A stretch of 58,774 bases of DNA, from contig JAPUKU010000215.1 in NCBI GenBank assembly GCA_027295505.1, forward strand, positions 1 through 58,774, written 5' to 3'. The position numbers and the translations under genes were made by a program. Below the pieces are notes generated by a model. That model had not been told where the DNA came from. It made no database searches and was given only the letters and a program-made list of their open reading frames with translations. Below are positions 8,934-17,774 of this stretch, piece after piece; the stretch's first letter is position 1; each line of letters opens with the position of its first letter. The stretch comes from Acidobacteriota bacterium (lineage in GTDB: Bacteria; Acidobacteriota; Polarisedimenticolia; JAPUKU01).

Positions 8934-9485
8934 ATGTAGTTATTATCTTTAATATATGTTAAATTCTTAAATTAGCAATGTCTGGAGATTACTGAAATAA
9001 GCTCTTTATCTGCAGCAGTTTACATCCATAAATTTGAGGGTTTTCAGCATGGACTCAGAGTGTCCATGGGGTGGCGGGGGGGCTAAACGTGGTAAAATGA
9101 GCGCTTTGGGAGGGAGCAGAAACAGCGTGAGTCGTGCAGGCCTCAGACTGGTCGAGGTGGATCCACTCCTTCTTGTAGGCGATCCGTCCCGGAGGCGTCA
9201 GACCTCCAGCCTGCGGTGCACCTATAAAGCCCCGGACGATGACTTCTTCTGCTGGAAGTTCCAGATCTGGTACCCTTCACTCGACTGCGCCTATCGAAAT
9301 TTGCACCGCACCTGTGCGCCCTGCGCGGACTGCGCCCAGGGCAGCAGGAATCTCGAGCGGCGCGCCACTGACCTGGCTTCGCGTCACTGGTTCGGCGAGC
9401 GGGCTCTTTGAAAGAAGCCTGATATCCCACTTCGATCGATCGAACGCGTAGAGACCGAATCGATCTGTCCTACAGGAGGTGACTT

Positions 9486-10016
9486 TTGTACCGTTTTCGC
9501 TGGTTGGTTTGTGCTCTGATCTTGACCGTGGCGAGCCTGGCTACCGCCGAGGATGGCTTCGGCTATCGGGCATGGGGTCCCAGGGCGGGCATCAGCGTGG
9601 ATCCGGATCAGGCTTTCGGAGGCGTTCACTTCGACCTCGGGGAGCTGGCGCCGAATGTGCGCCTGCAGCCGAACGTTGAACTGGGCGTGGGTGACGATGT
9701 GGTTCTGCTGGCTCTGAACATCGAGGCGGCGTACCTGTTCCCGATCAGCCAGGCCTGGATGCCCTATATCGGGGGAGGGCTGGGGATCAATTATGTTAAC
9801 TACGATGACCCGCCGGGAAACTCGAGGGACGACGATGATACGGATCTGGGTCTCAATGTTCTGGCAGGTATTCAACGAGTCAGGTCGAACGCCTCGGACC
9901 TGCTCCTGGAAGTGAAGGTGGGCCTCTCCGATTCGCCGGATGTGAAGCTCACGATTGGCTGGACGTTCGGCAATCCCACGCGCTCGGAGCGCTCTGGCTC
10001 ACAGCGTAGACCTTGA
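9486..10016 (+). CDS. outer-membrane beta-barrel (OmpW/porin-like) protein
   Basis: TTG start at 9486 sits 5 nt after GGAGGTG. Signal peptide is LVCALILTVASLATA. Beta-strand segments with alternating hydrophobic residues are present, and the sequence TIGWTF with an aromatic residue lies near the C-terminus. Confidence 0.65.
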   Translation: MYRFRWLVCALILTVASLATAEDGFGYRAWGPRAGISVDPDQAFGGVHFDLGELAPNVRLQPNVELGVGDDVVLLALNIEAAYLFPISQAWMPYIGGGLGINYVNYDDPPGNSRDDDDTDLGLNVLAGIQRVRSNASDLLLEVKVGLSDSPDVKLTIGWTFGNPTRSERSGSQRRP

Positions 10017-10046
10017 GAGCGGCGGGGATCCACTCCCGAAGACCAT

Positions 10047-10082
10047 AAAAAAAGGGTGGGCATGACATGTGGCAGCCCACCC
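10047..10082 (-). terminator. intrinsic terminator of the small basic-protein gene
   Basis: On the minus strand: GGGTGGGC-13 nt loop-GCCCACCC (10082..10054) followed directly by TTTTTTT (10053..10047). It lies 22 nt after the sORF stop. Confidence 0.6.
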
Positions 10083-10103
10083 GAAAAGCAAGCACTATGG
10101 CGC

Positions 10104-10220
10104 CTAGCGGCGACGCCGACGGCTCTTGCGCTTTGAAACCTTCTTCCTCGAAACCTTCTTCTTGGAAGCCTTCTTCCTTCTCTTGGTTGTCTTCTTCTTC
10201 TTTGCTTTCCTTTTGGCCAC
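10104..10220 (-). CDS. 38-aa hyper-basic small protein (not in ORF track)
   Basis: GTG at 10220 lies 9 nt downstream of AGGAGG (10235..10230). Hand translation gives MAKRKAKKKKTTKRRKKASKKKVSRKKVSKRKSRRRRR* with stop TAG at 10106..10104. The gene is flanked by a promoter-like motif and an intrinsic terminator. Confidence 0.5.
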   Translation of the reverse strand: MAKRKAKKKKTTKRRKKASKKKVSRKKVSKRKSRRRRR

Positions 10221-10318
10221 GGGCTGCCACCTCCTTTCTTGACGATCCGTTTCGTTCAAACTTTCATTTGCTATTACCGAGCAAACGGATCGTTCTGGGC
10301 CTTACGTCGAACAAGGCT

Positions 10319-10346
10319 AATGTAACCCGCGATAATCTTTTGTCAA
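10319..10346 (-). promoter_or_regulatory. sigma70-like promoter for the small basic-protein gene
   Basis: On the minus strand: TTGACA (10346..10341), 16 nt, TACATT (10324..10319). The leader of about 90 nt contains an 11-bp perfect stem, ACGATCCGTTT (10293..10283) paired with AAACGGATCGT (10252..10242). Confidence 0.35.
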
Positions 10347-10370
10347 GGTGTCTCGCGGGTGATGACCCGA

Positions 10371-11120
10371 TCAGCGAATCTGAAACATCTTCTGGCTTTC
10401 ACCTGAACGCAGCTGTTTTCCATCGGAGAGTCCAAGGACTCCCCGGGTGACTCTGACCGATGTCTCAGCGCTGCGCAGGGGCTTGAACTCCAAGACGCAG
10501 AGCTGAGGATTTTTCGGGGCGGGCTGCGGGGACGTGTCTTGCTTCCGGATCCGGATCTTCAGCCGGCCGCTTTCTCCAGCGTCGATCGAGATCTCGGGAA
10601 GTGTCTGCTCCATGGCCAGCGCCTCGAGCGCCTCATGCCCATCCGGTACAGGCTCAAGGATCGTGGCGTCGTAGATCACCTCGAACGTGGCTTCCACAGG
10701 TGACTCCGTCGTCCGCAGAAGCACAACCACGGCGATCGCATCGCTAAGTGTTATCAGATCCGGCCACACCATCAGGTCGAACAGCGTCTCGGCATCGGAC
10801 AAATCCTCTACCCCGGATGCTGGCTCCGGGGCTCGCGTTTCTGCTGGCGGGCTGCCGGCCTCCTGCTGTTCGGCCCCGGCCTCGGGTTTGTCGGGCCCTT
10901 CTTCGGCTTTCTCTTGCGGATCACCTCCGGAAGCTGGATCGGCCTGGGGGGATGAAGAGGTGCCTGGGGTAGGATCCGGGGAAGACTCGTCGATGACCTG
11001 AGTGAGACGAGCCAGTGCCGGAAAGCTCCAGCTTTGCCCCATCTGCAGGGCGAGAAGGACCACACAGAGTGCCAGAATGGCCAGGAGAATCCAGTGTTCT
11101 GGTCTGAGCTTCAAATCCAC
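10371..11120 (-). CDS. hypothetical membrane-anchored protein with an acidic Pro/Glu-rich linker
   Basis: 249-aa ORF with one N-terminal TM helix (WILLAILALCVVLLAL). A low-complexity PE-rich stretch follows, then a C-terminal beta-rich domain. No family assigned. Confidence 0.5.
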   Translation of the reverse strand: MDLKLRPEHWILLAILALCVVLLALQMGQSWSFPALARLTQVIDESSPDPTPGTSSSPQADPASGGDPQEKAEEGPDKPEAGAEQQEAGSPPAETRAPEPASGVEDLSDAETLFDLMVWPDLITLSDAIAVVVLLRTTESPVEATFEVIYDATILEPVPDGHEALEALAMEQTLPEISIDAGESGRLKIRIRKQDTSPQPAPKNPQLCVLEFKPLRSAETSVRVTRGVLGLSDGKQLRSGESQKMFQIR

Positions 11121-11170
11121 TGGTTGGGCCCGCCCTTCATCGTATACTTAGGCCACTGTTTCCACGGTTA

Positions 11171-11791
11171 TTGGGGGTGACCAGGGTGCGCAAAATCAGT
11201 TGGATCGTCCTCACGCTACTGCTTTTCCCATGGCGTGCCGAGGCGTCCACCACGACCCAGTTCCTCGAAATCCTGACCTCCCTGCATCCAGACTATGAGA
11301 TCTTCATCGGGGAAGTGCGGGGCGCGAGCCGGCGCCTTCATCCGAGCGGGCTCCTGACAGGTCTGGTCAGGCCCGGTGGCAGCGATCCTCGCGACCCCCG
11401 CGACGCGCCGCGAGCCGGGGGGCGCAACGACATCATCGTCTATGATGACACGTTTGAGGCTGCCGGAGGCGAGCCTTGGCGCCACCTTCTGGTAGATCAC
11501 GAGTACTTCCACGCCCGCCATCTCGGGCACGGGGCCGATGCGCCCGTCGTTGACTTCGATGATGAGGCTGCCAACCGGCATTATTACGAGGCGCTGGCTT
11601 GGGGATATAACCTCGAGCGGATTGAGCAGGGCCGTTATCCGGGGTTGAGTTCGGCCAAAGTCCGCAGAACCCGTGAGACCTACCGCCGTCACAGGACTGC
11701 ATTTGAAGCTTGGTTGCGGCGTCACCACGAAGATGCCTGGTCCCACTACGGTCGCTTTTTCAGGTTATCGACCGTGTACGAAGATCCTTGA
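11171..11791 (+). CDS. hypothetical secreted protein with an HExxH motif (putative zinc metallopeptidase-like)
   Basis: 206-aa ORF with signal peptide ISWIVLTLLLFPWRAEA and the motif VDHEYFHARHLGH. The start (TTG 11171 or GTG 11186) is uncertain. Confidence 0.5.
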   Translation: MGVTRVRKISWIVLTLLLFPWRAEASTTTQFLEILTSLHPDYEIFIGEVRGASRRLHPSGLLTGLVRPGGSDPRDPRDAPRAGGRNDIIVYDDTFEAAGGEPWRHLLVDHEYFHARHLGHGADAPVVDFDDEAANRHYYEALAWGYNLERIEQGRYPGLSSAKVRRTRETYRRHRTAFEAWLRRHHEDAWSHYGRFFRLSTVYEDP

Positions 11792-11794
11792 GCC

Positions 11795-12232
11795 TCATTT
11801 CAGAAGGCTCGCAACGGTCTGGCTTGCCTGGCGTCCATCCACCTTGCCCGCATGGCGCTCGAGGAGTGCCTTCATGACCCGTCCCATGTCCTTCTTGGTT
11901 TCAGCCTTCAACTCTTGAATGATGTTGAGCGCCGCCTGCTTCAGCTCCTGAGCATTCAGCTGCAGGGGGAGATAGTCCTCCAGGATCGCGATCTGCTCTT
12001 TTTCCCGCGCCACAAGATCGGTTCGGCCCCCGCGCTCAAACAGTTCCACCGAGTCTCGCCGGGTCTTGATCCCGCGCTGCACGAGCACCAGTACATCCTG
12101 GGATGTAAGCTCTTTACCTCGCGATATCTCCTCGTTCTTCATCTGCGACAGAAGCAGGCGAAGGGTCGCGAGACGTTCTTTCTGGCCCGCTTTGAGGGCT
12201 ACCGTGAGATCCTTCCTGATGCGTTCCTTCAT
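11795..12232 (-). CDS. GatB/YqeY domain-containing protein
   Basis: 145-aa ORF whose N-terminus MKERIRKDLTVALKAGQKERLATLRLLLSQMKNEEI is characteristic of YqeY. Confidence 0.85.
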   Translation of the reverse strand: MKERIRKDLTVALKAGQKERLATLRLLLSQMKNEEISRGKELTSQDVLVLVQRGIKTRRDSVELFERGGRTDLVAREKEQIAILEDYLPLQLNAQELKQAALNIIQELKAETKKDMGRVMKALLERHAGKVDGRQASQTVASLLK

Positions 12233-13530
12233 GCGGGTGATGACGCTGGGGTTTCCCGGTACTGGCTGGCGATGCGCCGACCCTCGTCCTCGTCTACGAA
12301 CAGCAGGAGTATAAGACCGCTAATAAAGAAAAACAACACTGACATCATCGCCAGGCGGGCGCTTCCCGTCCAGTCGGATACAAAACCGAACAGCGGCGGG
12401 CCAAGAACACCTGAGGCTTTGGTGCAGAACGCGAACAGGCCGAAGAACTCGGCGCGTTTCGTTTCCGGTACCAGGTGCGCCAGCAGAGCACGGCTGCACG
12501 CCTGTGTGGAACCGATACCCAGGCCGCCCACGAGCGCGATCACCTTGAAAATTGAGCGTGATTCGGTGATTGCCATGCCCACCACAATGCCAATCCACAG
12601 GATCAACGTAGCGATGATGGCTCTTCGCGTACCGAATCGATCGGCCCAGGCACCTGAGGCCAGGGCGCCGGCGGCCGATGTGAGCTGAAGAAATACGAAC
12701 AGATTAATGATTTCCCGCATGCTGAACCCGAGCGTTGTGCTCATGTAGATGGAAGTAAATGCGATGATGACGCTCAGTCCGTTGTCGTAGAGAAAGTAGG
12801 CAATCAGAAAGCGAAAAACCTGCCGGAACTGCCGGGCCTCTCGCAGGGTTCGCAGCAGACGTTCCAGTGTCCGTGCCCTGGAGGGCGCCCGCCCCCGCCG
12901 GTCGCGTAGGAGCAGCAGGGCGGGGGATGTAAAAAGCAGATACTGTGCGGCAACAGCGATAAAAACGAGTTGGTGCCCGAGCACACTGGTGTCCGCGGTG
13001 GGTCCGCTACCCAGGAGAGACACCGCCACCAGTAGGGAGAGCAACCCGCCGAAATAGCCCACCCCCCACGCCAGGCCCGATACAAACCCGATCCGGTGCG
13101 GTTCTGCCACATCCGGGAGGAAAGCGTTATAGAAAGCCTCGCCACCTGCGTAACCGACGTGGGCAATGACGAAGAGCAGGATGCCGAGGAAGAGGTTGCC
13201 GGGGCCGACCCAGACCAGGCCGGCCGTCGCCACCACCGACAATAGGGTAAAGCCGATCAGATACGTGTGCCTCGAGCCGTATTCATCGGCGCGCGCACCC
13301 AGCACGGGCGCCACGATTGCCACCAGTCCCATCGCCAGCGACACTGCGAACCCCCAGAGGAGATCGGGTGTCGGATGGCCGGCGGCTACCTGGGTGCGAA
13401 AGTAGACGCTGTAAACAACCGTGACGATGATTGTGGTGAAGGCCGAATTGCCGAAATCGTAAAGGCAATAGGCCAGCAGGCGGGAGCGGGGTGAAGGGCC
13501 CACGCCGAGGGTCAACGATCGCCACCCCAC
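12229..13530 (-). CDS. MFS transporter (UMF1/ATG22-like family)
   Basis: 433-aa polytopic ORF. The N-terminal motif YCLYDFGNSAFTTIIVTVVYSVYF is typical of UMF1-family MFS proteins. Confidence 0.8.
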   Translation of the reverse strand: MGWRSLTLGVGPSPRSRLLAYCLYDFGNSAFTTIIVTVVYSVYFRTQVAAGHPTPDLLWGFAVSLAMGLVAIVAPVLGARADEYGSRHTYLIGFTLLSVVATAGLVWVGPGNLFLGILLFVIAHVGYAGGEAFYNAFLPDVAEPHRIGFVSGLAWGVGYFGGLLSLLVAVSLLGSGPTADTSVLGHQLVFIAVAAQYLLFTSPALLLLRDRRGRAPSRARTLERLLRTLREARQFRQVFRFLIAYFLYDNGLSVIIAFTSIYMSTTLGFSMREIINLFVFLQLTSAAGALASGAWADRFGTRRAIIATLILWIGIVVGMAITESRSIFKVIALVGGLGIGSTQACSRALLAHLVPETKRAEFFGLFAFCTKASGVLGPPLFGFVSDWTGSARLAMMSVLFFFISGLILLLFVDEDEGRRIASQYRETPASSPA

Positions 13531-14414
13531 TTGAGCTTGCGTCGCAAAACCTCAAAGAAGGTGCTGCTGCCTTCCGGCTGAATGAGATGCAGCCAGCCCC
13601 TTGCTCTGCGAACAGTCAGCACATCGCCTCGCTGCAGAGGAATACCGATCTGGCCGTCCAGTGTCAGGTAAACATCCTCGTCGGGTGTTTCGAGGCGAAC
13701 CTCGACCCGCGAGGTGTCCGGCAGCACCAGAGGCCGGTTGGTCAGGGTGTGGGGGCAGATCGGGGTGATGACTATTGCCTGGAGGTTGGGGTAGACGATG
13801 GGCCCTCCGGCCGACATGGAGTAGGCCGTGGAACCGGTCGGTGTGGAAAGGATCAGTCCATCGGCCTTGTAGGTCGTGATGGCCTGTCCGTCAACGCGAA
13901 TCTTCAGGTCGATGATACGGGCCAGTGCGCTCTTGTTGATGACAATGTCGTTGAGCAGCGCCAATTCCTGCAGCCGCCTGCCCCTGCGGCTCAGACGTGC
14001 CGTGAGCATCATTCGCTGGTCGATAGTGTAGCGGCCGTTGAAGACAGCTTCGAGGCTCCTGCGCTGCTGTGACAGGGGCACCGCAGTGAGGAAGCCAAGG
14101 CTACCCAGGTTGATTCCCAGCAGGGAAGTGCTGCGGGCCGCTGCCACCCGGGCCATGCTGAGCAGAGTGCCGTCTCCGCCGACCACCACGACGAGGTCTG
14201 TCCGGCGGACCAGATCCTCGCGGCTCACCCCTGGTTTCTTCGAGCCGATGAAGCGTGCGGTGTTTTCCTCGAGGATGCAGGTCTGCGCGCGGCGCGAGTC
14301 GATCCAGCGCGCGAGACGGCGCACAACAGCGCTCGCGTTCGTCCCGTGTGTCTTAGCTACCAGGCCTATTTTCTTAAATATTTTCTTTCTCTTTGTCGCC
14401 ATAAACTTCCTCAT
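13512..14414 (-). CDS. nadK: NAD(+) kinase
   Basis: 300-aa ORF with the GGDGTLL motif and the C-terminal ACPHTL..RPLVLP segment. Confidence 0.9.
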   Translation of the reverse strand: MRKFMATKRKKIFKKIGLVAKTHGTNASAVVRRLARWIDSRRAQTCILEENTARFIGSKKPGVSREDLVRRTDLVVVVGGDGTLLSMARVAAARSTSLLGINLGSLGFLTAVPLSQQRRSLEAVFNGRYTIDQRMMLTARLSRRGRRLQELALLNDIVINKSALARIIDLKIRVDGQAITTYKADGLILSTPTGSTAYSMSAGGPIVYPNLQAIVITPICPHTLTNRPLVLPDTSRVEVRLETPDEDVYLTLDGQIGIPLQRGDVLTVRRARGWLHLIQPEGSSTFFEVLRRKLKWGGDR

Positions 14415-15243
14415 GGATGAGTTGATCCGTGTCGCATGCTAGTGTGCCCGGGCCCGCCGGATCGAGGCGCACGAAAAATTCCCGGTTTCCCTCAGCACCG
14501 CGCAAGGATGATTCCACCACTGCGGTGACATCCCGGCCCTGTCTGGCGGCCGCCCCGCAGACACGCCGCAACGCCTCTTCCTGCAAGGCGGGATCGCGAA
14601 CGATTCCGCCGTGCCCCACACGCCCGCGTCCTACCTCGAATTGCGGTTTCACGAGGGCCACGATTGGAGCCCCGGGCGCAGCGGCGCAGAGCGCCGGCAG
14701 AACCTTCTCCAGGGAAATGAAAGATACATCTGCCACCACCAACGACGGCGGTCCTGGAAGCTGCCCCGGCTCCAGATAACGCACGTTGATTCCGGTTCGC
14801 GACGTAACCCGTTCATCGTCTCGCAGGGAGGAATCCAGCTGTCCTCGCCCCACATCGACCGCTACGACGTGCGCCGCCCCGTGCTGAAGAAGGCAGTCAG
14901 TAAAGCCGCCGGTGGAGGCGCCGATGTCCCATGCCAGTACGCCTTCAGGATCGACCCCAAGGCGGTCCAGAGCACCCTCGAGCTTGTTCCCGCCACGGCC
15001 CACGAAGCGCGGCCGGCGCGAACGCAGCCTCAGGATGGTATCGGCGGGAAGCTGCTCCCCCGGTTTTTCGATCCTCGTTTCGAGGCGCCAGATCTCTCCG
15101 GCCAGGATGAGCGCCTGCGCTTGGTGGCGCGATTCCGCCAGTCCCTGCTCGACGACTAGGAGATCGGCACGGCGGCGTATCAGCCGCGAGCCGCCGGTCC
15201 CTCGGGGCCTCTTAGAAGCTGCGCTCCACAACATCGTCCGCAA
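14374..15243 (-). CDS. tlyA: TlyA family rRNA (cytidine-2'-O)-methyltransferase
   Basis: S4-like N-terminus RADLLVVEQGLAESRHQAQALILAGEI plus an FtsJ-type methyltransferase domain (DIGASTGGFTDCLLQHGA). Confidence 0.85.
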   Translation of the reverse strand: MRTMLWSAASKRPRGTGGSRLIRRRADLLVVEQGLAESRHQAQALILAGEIWRLETRIEKPGEQLPADTILRLRSRRPRFVGRGGNKLEGALDRLGVDPEGVLAWDIGASTGGFTDCLLQHGAAHVVAVDVGRGQLDSSLRDDERVTSRTGINVRYLEPGQLPGPPSLVVADVSFISLEKVLPALCAAAPGAPIVALVKPQFEVGRGRVGHGGIVRDPALQEEALRRVCGAAARQGRDVTAVVESSLRGAEGNREFFVRLDPAGPGTLACDTDQLIHEEVYGDKEKENI

Positions 15244-16105
15244 TACTCCTCAGAATTTCGCCATCCGTCCCCAGGCAGCCTATCTCCCGCTTGGCTCCTT
15301 CCGCCAGATCCAGAGCTTTCCGGCGCGAGGCCTCTCTCCCATAGACCCCGGGGTAGGTGAGCTTGCCAGCAGGCTTGTCTTTGCGCAGAGACTTCCCGAC
15401 GATCGACTCTGTGCCATCCAGATCCAGAAGATCATCAACAATTTGAAAGGCGAGGCCAAGCTGTTCACCGAAACGTTCGAGGAGAGCAACCTGACCCTCG
15501 CTCCCTCCACCGAGCAGAGCTCCGATGCTCGTGCAGGCCCCCAGTAAGGCGGCTGTCTTGCGACGATGGATCGATTCAACATGGGTGCGATCATGCTGTT
15601 GACCGGCAGTGTTCAGGTCGTCCACCTGACCGCCGACCATCCCCGAGGAGCCCGCTGCACGCGCGAGGGCAGTGGCAGCCTGCAGGCGGCGGCCTGGATC
15701 TCCTGTAGAAGGCGAGACCAGGGTGTCGAAGGCACAGGTCAGCAAGGCGTCTCCTGCCAGAATGGCCAGTGCCTCTCCAAAGGCCTTGTGCAGAGTCGGT
15801 CGTCCTCGCCGCAGGTCGTCATCATCCATGGCCGGCAGGTCATCATGCACAAGCGAGTAGGTATGAATCAGTTCGACCGCACAGGCTCCTGGCAGTGCTG
15901 GCTCGATCTGGCCACCGACGGCCGTGGCCGCGGCCAGTGTGAGAACCGGGCGCAGGCGTTTGCCGCCGGGGAAGATGGCGTAGCGCATTGCCTCATGCAG
16001 TTTTTGTGGAGGGGTTTTTTCGGAGGGAACACAGTGGCCCAGGTGCTCCTCGATCTGGCGGCGCCAGTCGTCGAGGTGGCCGCGGATCTCTGCGCGGAGA
16101 GCCAT
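15212..16105 (-). CDS. ispA: polyprenyl (farnesyl/geranylgeranyl) diphosphate synthase
   Basis: First aspartate-rich motif is LVHDDLPAMDDDDLRRGRPT and the second is QIVDDLLD. Confidence 0.85.
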   Translation of the reverse strand: MALRAEIRGHLDDWRRQIEEHLGHCVPSEKTPPQKLHEAMRYAIFPGGKRLRPVLTLAAATAVGGQIEPALPGACAVELIHTYSLVHDDLPAMDDDDLRRGRPTLHKAFGEALAILAGDALLTCAFDTLVSPSTGDPGRRLQAATALARAAGSSGMVGGQVDDLNTAGQQHDRTHVESIHRRKTAALLGACTSIGALLGGGSEGQVALLERFGEQLGLAFQIVDDLLDLDGTESIVGKSLRKDKPAGKLTYPGVYGREASRRKALDLAEGAKREIGCLGTDGEILRSIADDVVERSF

Positions 16106-16115
16106 GACCTGTCGG

Positions 16116-16388
16116 CTACTCTTCTCCCGTGTCGAACGCGAAGGGGGCCTGCTTCAGGGTACCGTTGCGGGCCCGCTCCAGCACCTCGATGCGGCGCTCA
16201 GCTGCTTCCAGCTTCTCGCTGCAGGTTTTTGAGAGCTGCACGCCGTCTTCGTAGAGCTTCAACGAGTCCTCGAGCGTCAGGTCGCCGGCTTCGAGCTTCT
16301 CGACCGTCTTCTCGAGCCGGGAGAGTGCCTCCTCGAACGGCATTTGCGCGGCTTCGGGTTTGGCAGGATGTCGGGTGCGTTTCTTCAT
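16116..16388 (-). CDS. xseB: exodeoxyribonuclease VII small subunit
   Basis: 90-aa ORF with FEEALSRLEKTVEKLEAGDLTLEDSLKLYEDG, typical of XseB. It is adjacent to xseA. Confidence 0.9.
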   Translation of the reverse strand: MKKRTRHPAKPEAAQMPFEEALSRLEKTVEKLEAGDLTLEDSLKLYEDGVQLSKTCSEKLEAAERRIEVLERARNGTLKQAPFAFDTGEE

Positions 16389-16400
16389 GAGGTCCGCATC

Positions 16401-17774
16401 CTAACATCTCTTGTGCTGTGGAGGGTGGGTCGCCTGTACCTCGCAGTCGATGCCCCCGGCCGAAAGGCGCACCTGGACAGGATCACCGGCAGTGACTTGA
16501 TCCCAGGCCAGCACCAGGGAACCGGTACGTGGATCTAGGCACAACGCGTAGCCCCGTCCCAGCACACTCAGGGGAGACAGTGATTCTAGGGCTCGCCGGG
16601 CCTCCGAGTGGCGTGTCCGGCTGCGTTCCAGGCTCCATCGTCCCGTGATGCGCAGCCGGCGATCCACTTCTCCCACGGCTGCGACCTGGCGGTGCAGCCG
16701 CTCGCGGCGAAGAGAGGGCTGCAGAAGTCCAAATGCCCTGCTCCAACGCGCGCGTGCGGCATCCACGCACCGGCGTAACGCCAGGCTGGCGCGCTGCTGG
16801 AGATCGTCAACACGTTGAGCGCTGCGTTGCAGGCGATCGGCAAGACGTTTGGGATCGGATGCCGCCAGAAGCCGGTCGAGGCGGTTGTGGGCCGCTGCAG
16901 CGCGCAGCCGGAACGCCTGCAGCAGGCGGTGGCACAGTCCGTTGATCCGTTCGAGCATCTCCGTGCGGCTCGCCACCACCATCTCAGCAGCGGCCGACGG
17001 GGTCGAAGCACGCACGTCTGCCACCCAGTCACTGATGGTGACGTCTATCTCATGGCCAACGGCGCAGATCACAGGTATGCGGCTGCCGACGATGGCCCGG
17101 GCAACCCTCTCTTCATTGAAGGGCCATAGATCCTCGATGGACCCTCCTCCACGTCCCACGATCATGACATCAATGTCGTCCAGTTCGTTGAGCGCCTGAA
17201 TTGCCAGGGCAATTTCGCGGGCGGCGCCCTCACCCTGTACACGGGCCGGCGCAAGCAGAACATTGACCCCCGCGTGTCGGCGCTTGAGCACCCTCAGGAT
17301 GTCACGAAGCGCCGCTCCGGTCGGGGAGGTCACGACACCGACGCGTCGGGGTACCGCCGGTATGGGCCGCTTGCGTTCGGCCTCGAACAGGCCCTCGGCG
17401 GAGAGCTTCTGTTTGAGCTGCTCGAAGGCTAGATAGAGCGCTCCCTGGCCGTGGGGTTCCATGCACTGGACGTTCACCTGGTAAATGCCCCGCGCTTCGT
17501 AAAGGCTCACGCGGCCGTTGACGAGAACCTGGAGGCCGTTCTCCGGCTTGAATTTCAGCATTGCGTTCTGGGAACGGAACATCACCGCCGAGATCTCCGC
17601 TTGGGAGTCCTTGAGGGAGAAGTACAGGTGGCCGGACCCCGGTTGCCGGACATTCGAGATCTCGCCCTCCAGCCAGATGTCTGTGAGCGAATCCTCGAGC
17701 AGCATACGGCTTACGTGATTGATCTCGGTTATGGTGAAGATCTTTCGTGCAGGTTCAGAGAACGAGAGCTTCAA
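16401..17774 (-). CDS. xseA: exodeoxyribonuclease VII large subunit
   Basis: 457-aa ORF with an OB-fold N-terminus (FTITEINHVSRMLLED...WLEGEISN) and the IVGRGGGSIEDLWPFN motif. Confidence 0.9.
   Translation of the reverse strand: MKLSFSEPARKIFTITEINHVSRMLLEDSLTDIWLEGEISNVRQPGSGHLYFSLKDSQAEISAVMFRSQNAMLKFKPENGLQVLVNGRVSLYEARGIYQVNVQCMEPHGQGALYLAFEQLKQKLSAEGLFEAERKRPIPAVPRRVGVVTSPTGAALRDILRVLKRRHAGVNVLLAPARVQGEGAAREIALAIQALNELDDIDVMIVGRGGGSIEDLWPFNEERVARAIVGSRIPVICAVGHEIDVTISDWVADVRASTPSAAAEMVVASRTEMLERINGLCHRLLQAFRLRAAAAHNRLDRLLAASDPKRLADRLQRSAQRVDDLQQRASLALRRCVDAARARWSRAFGLLQPSLRRERLHRQVAAVGEVDRRLRITGRWSLERSRTRHSEARRALESLSPLSVLGRGYALCLDPRTGSLVLAWDQVTAGDPVQVRLSAGGIDCEVQATHPPQHKRC

Noticed and set aside
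9100-9420. Protein-like minus-strand translation (…VPDLELPAEEVIVRGFIGAPQAGGLTPPGRIAYKKEWIHLDQ…) interrupted by an in-frame TGA. It was considered as a pseudogene or a selenocysteine site.
   Set aside because: There is no start codon, SD or recognisable family, no SECIS-like hairpin is evident, and the pieces are short. The evidence is insufficient for a feature call.
9949-10230. 93-aa track ORF (MAARGQKESKEEEDNQEKEEGFQEEGF...) on the minus strand
   Set aside because: Its GTG lies inside the AGGAGG element. It reads through the intrinsic terminator hairpin and overlaps the 3' end of the convergent porin-like gene. The alternative 38-aa basic frame fits the SD spacing and terminator position much better.
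14374-16105. Absence of dxs between ispA and tlyA, and long apparent overlaps: nadK/tlyA 41 nt, tlyA/ispA 32 nt, MFS/nadK 19 nt
   Set aside because: dxs is often located elsewhere. The overlaps probably reflect start-codon ambiguity (internal ATG/GTG candidates exist) rather than unusual biology.
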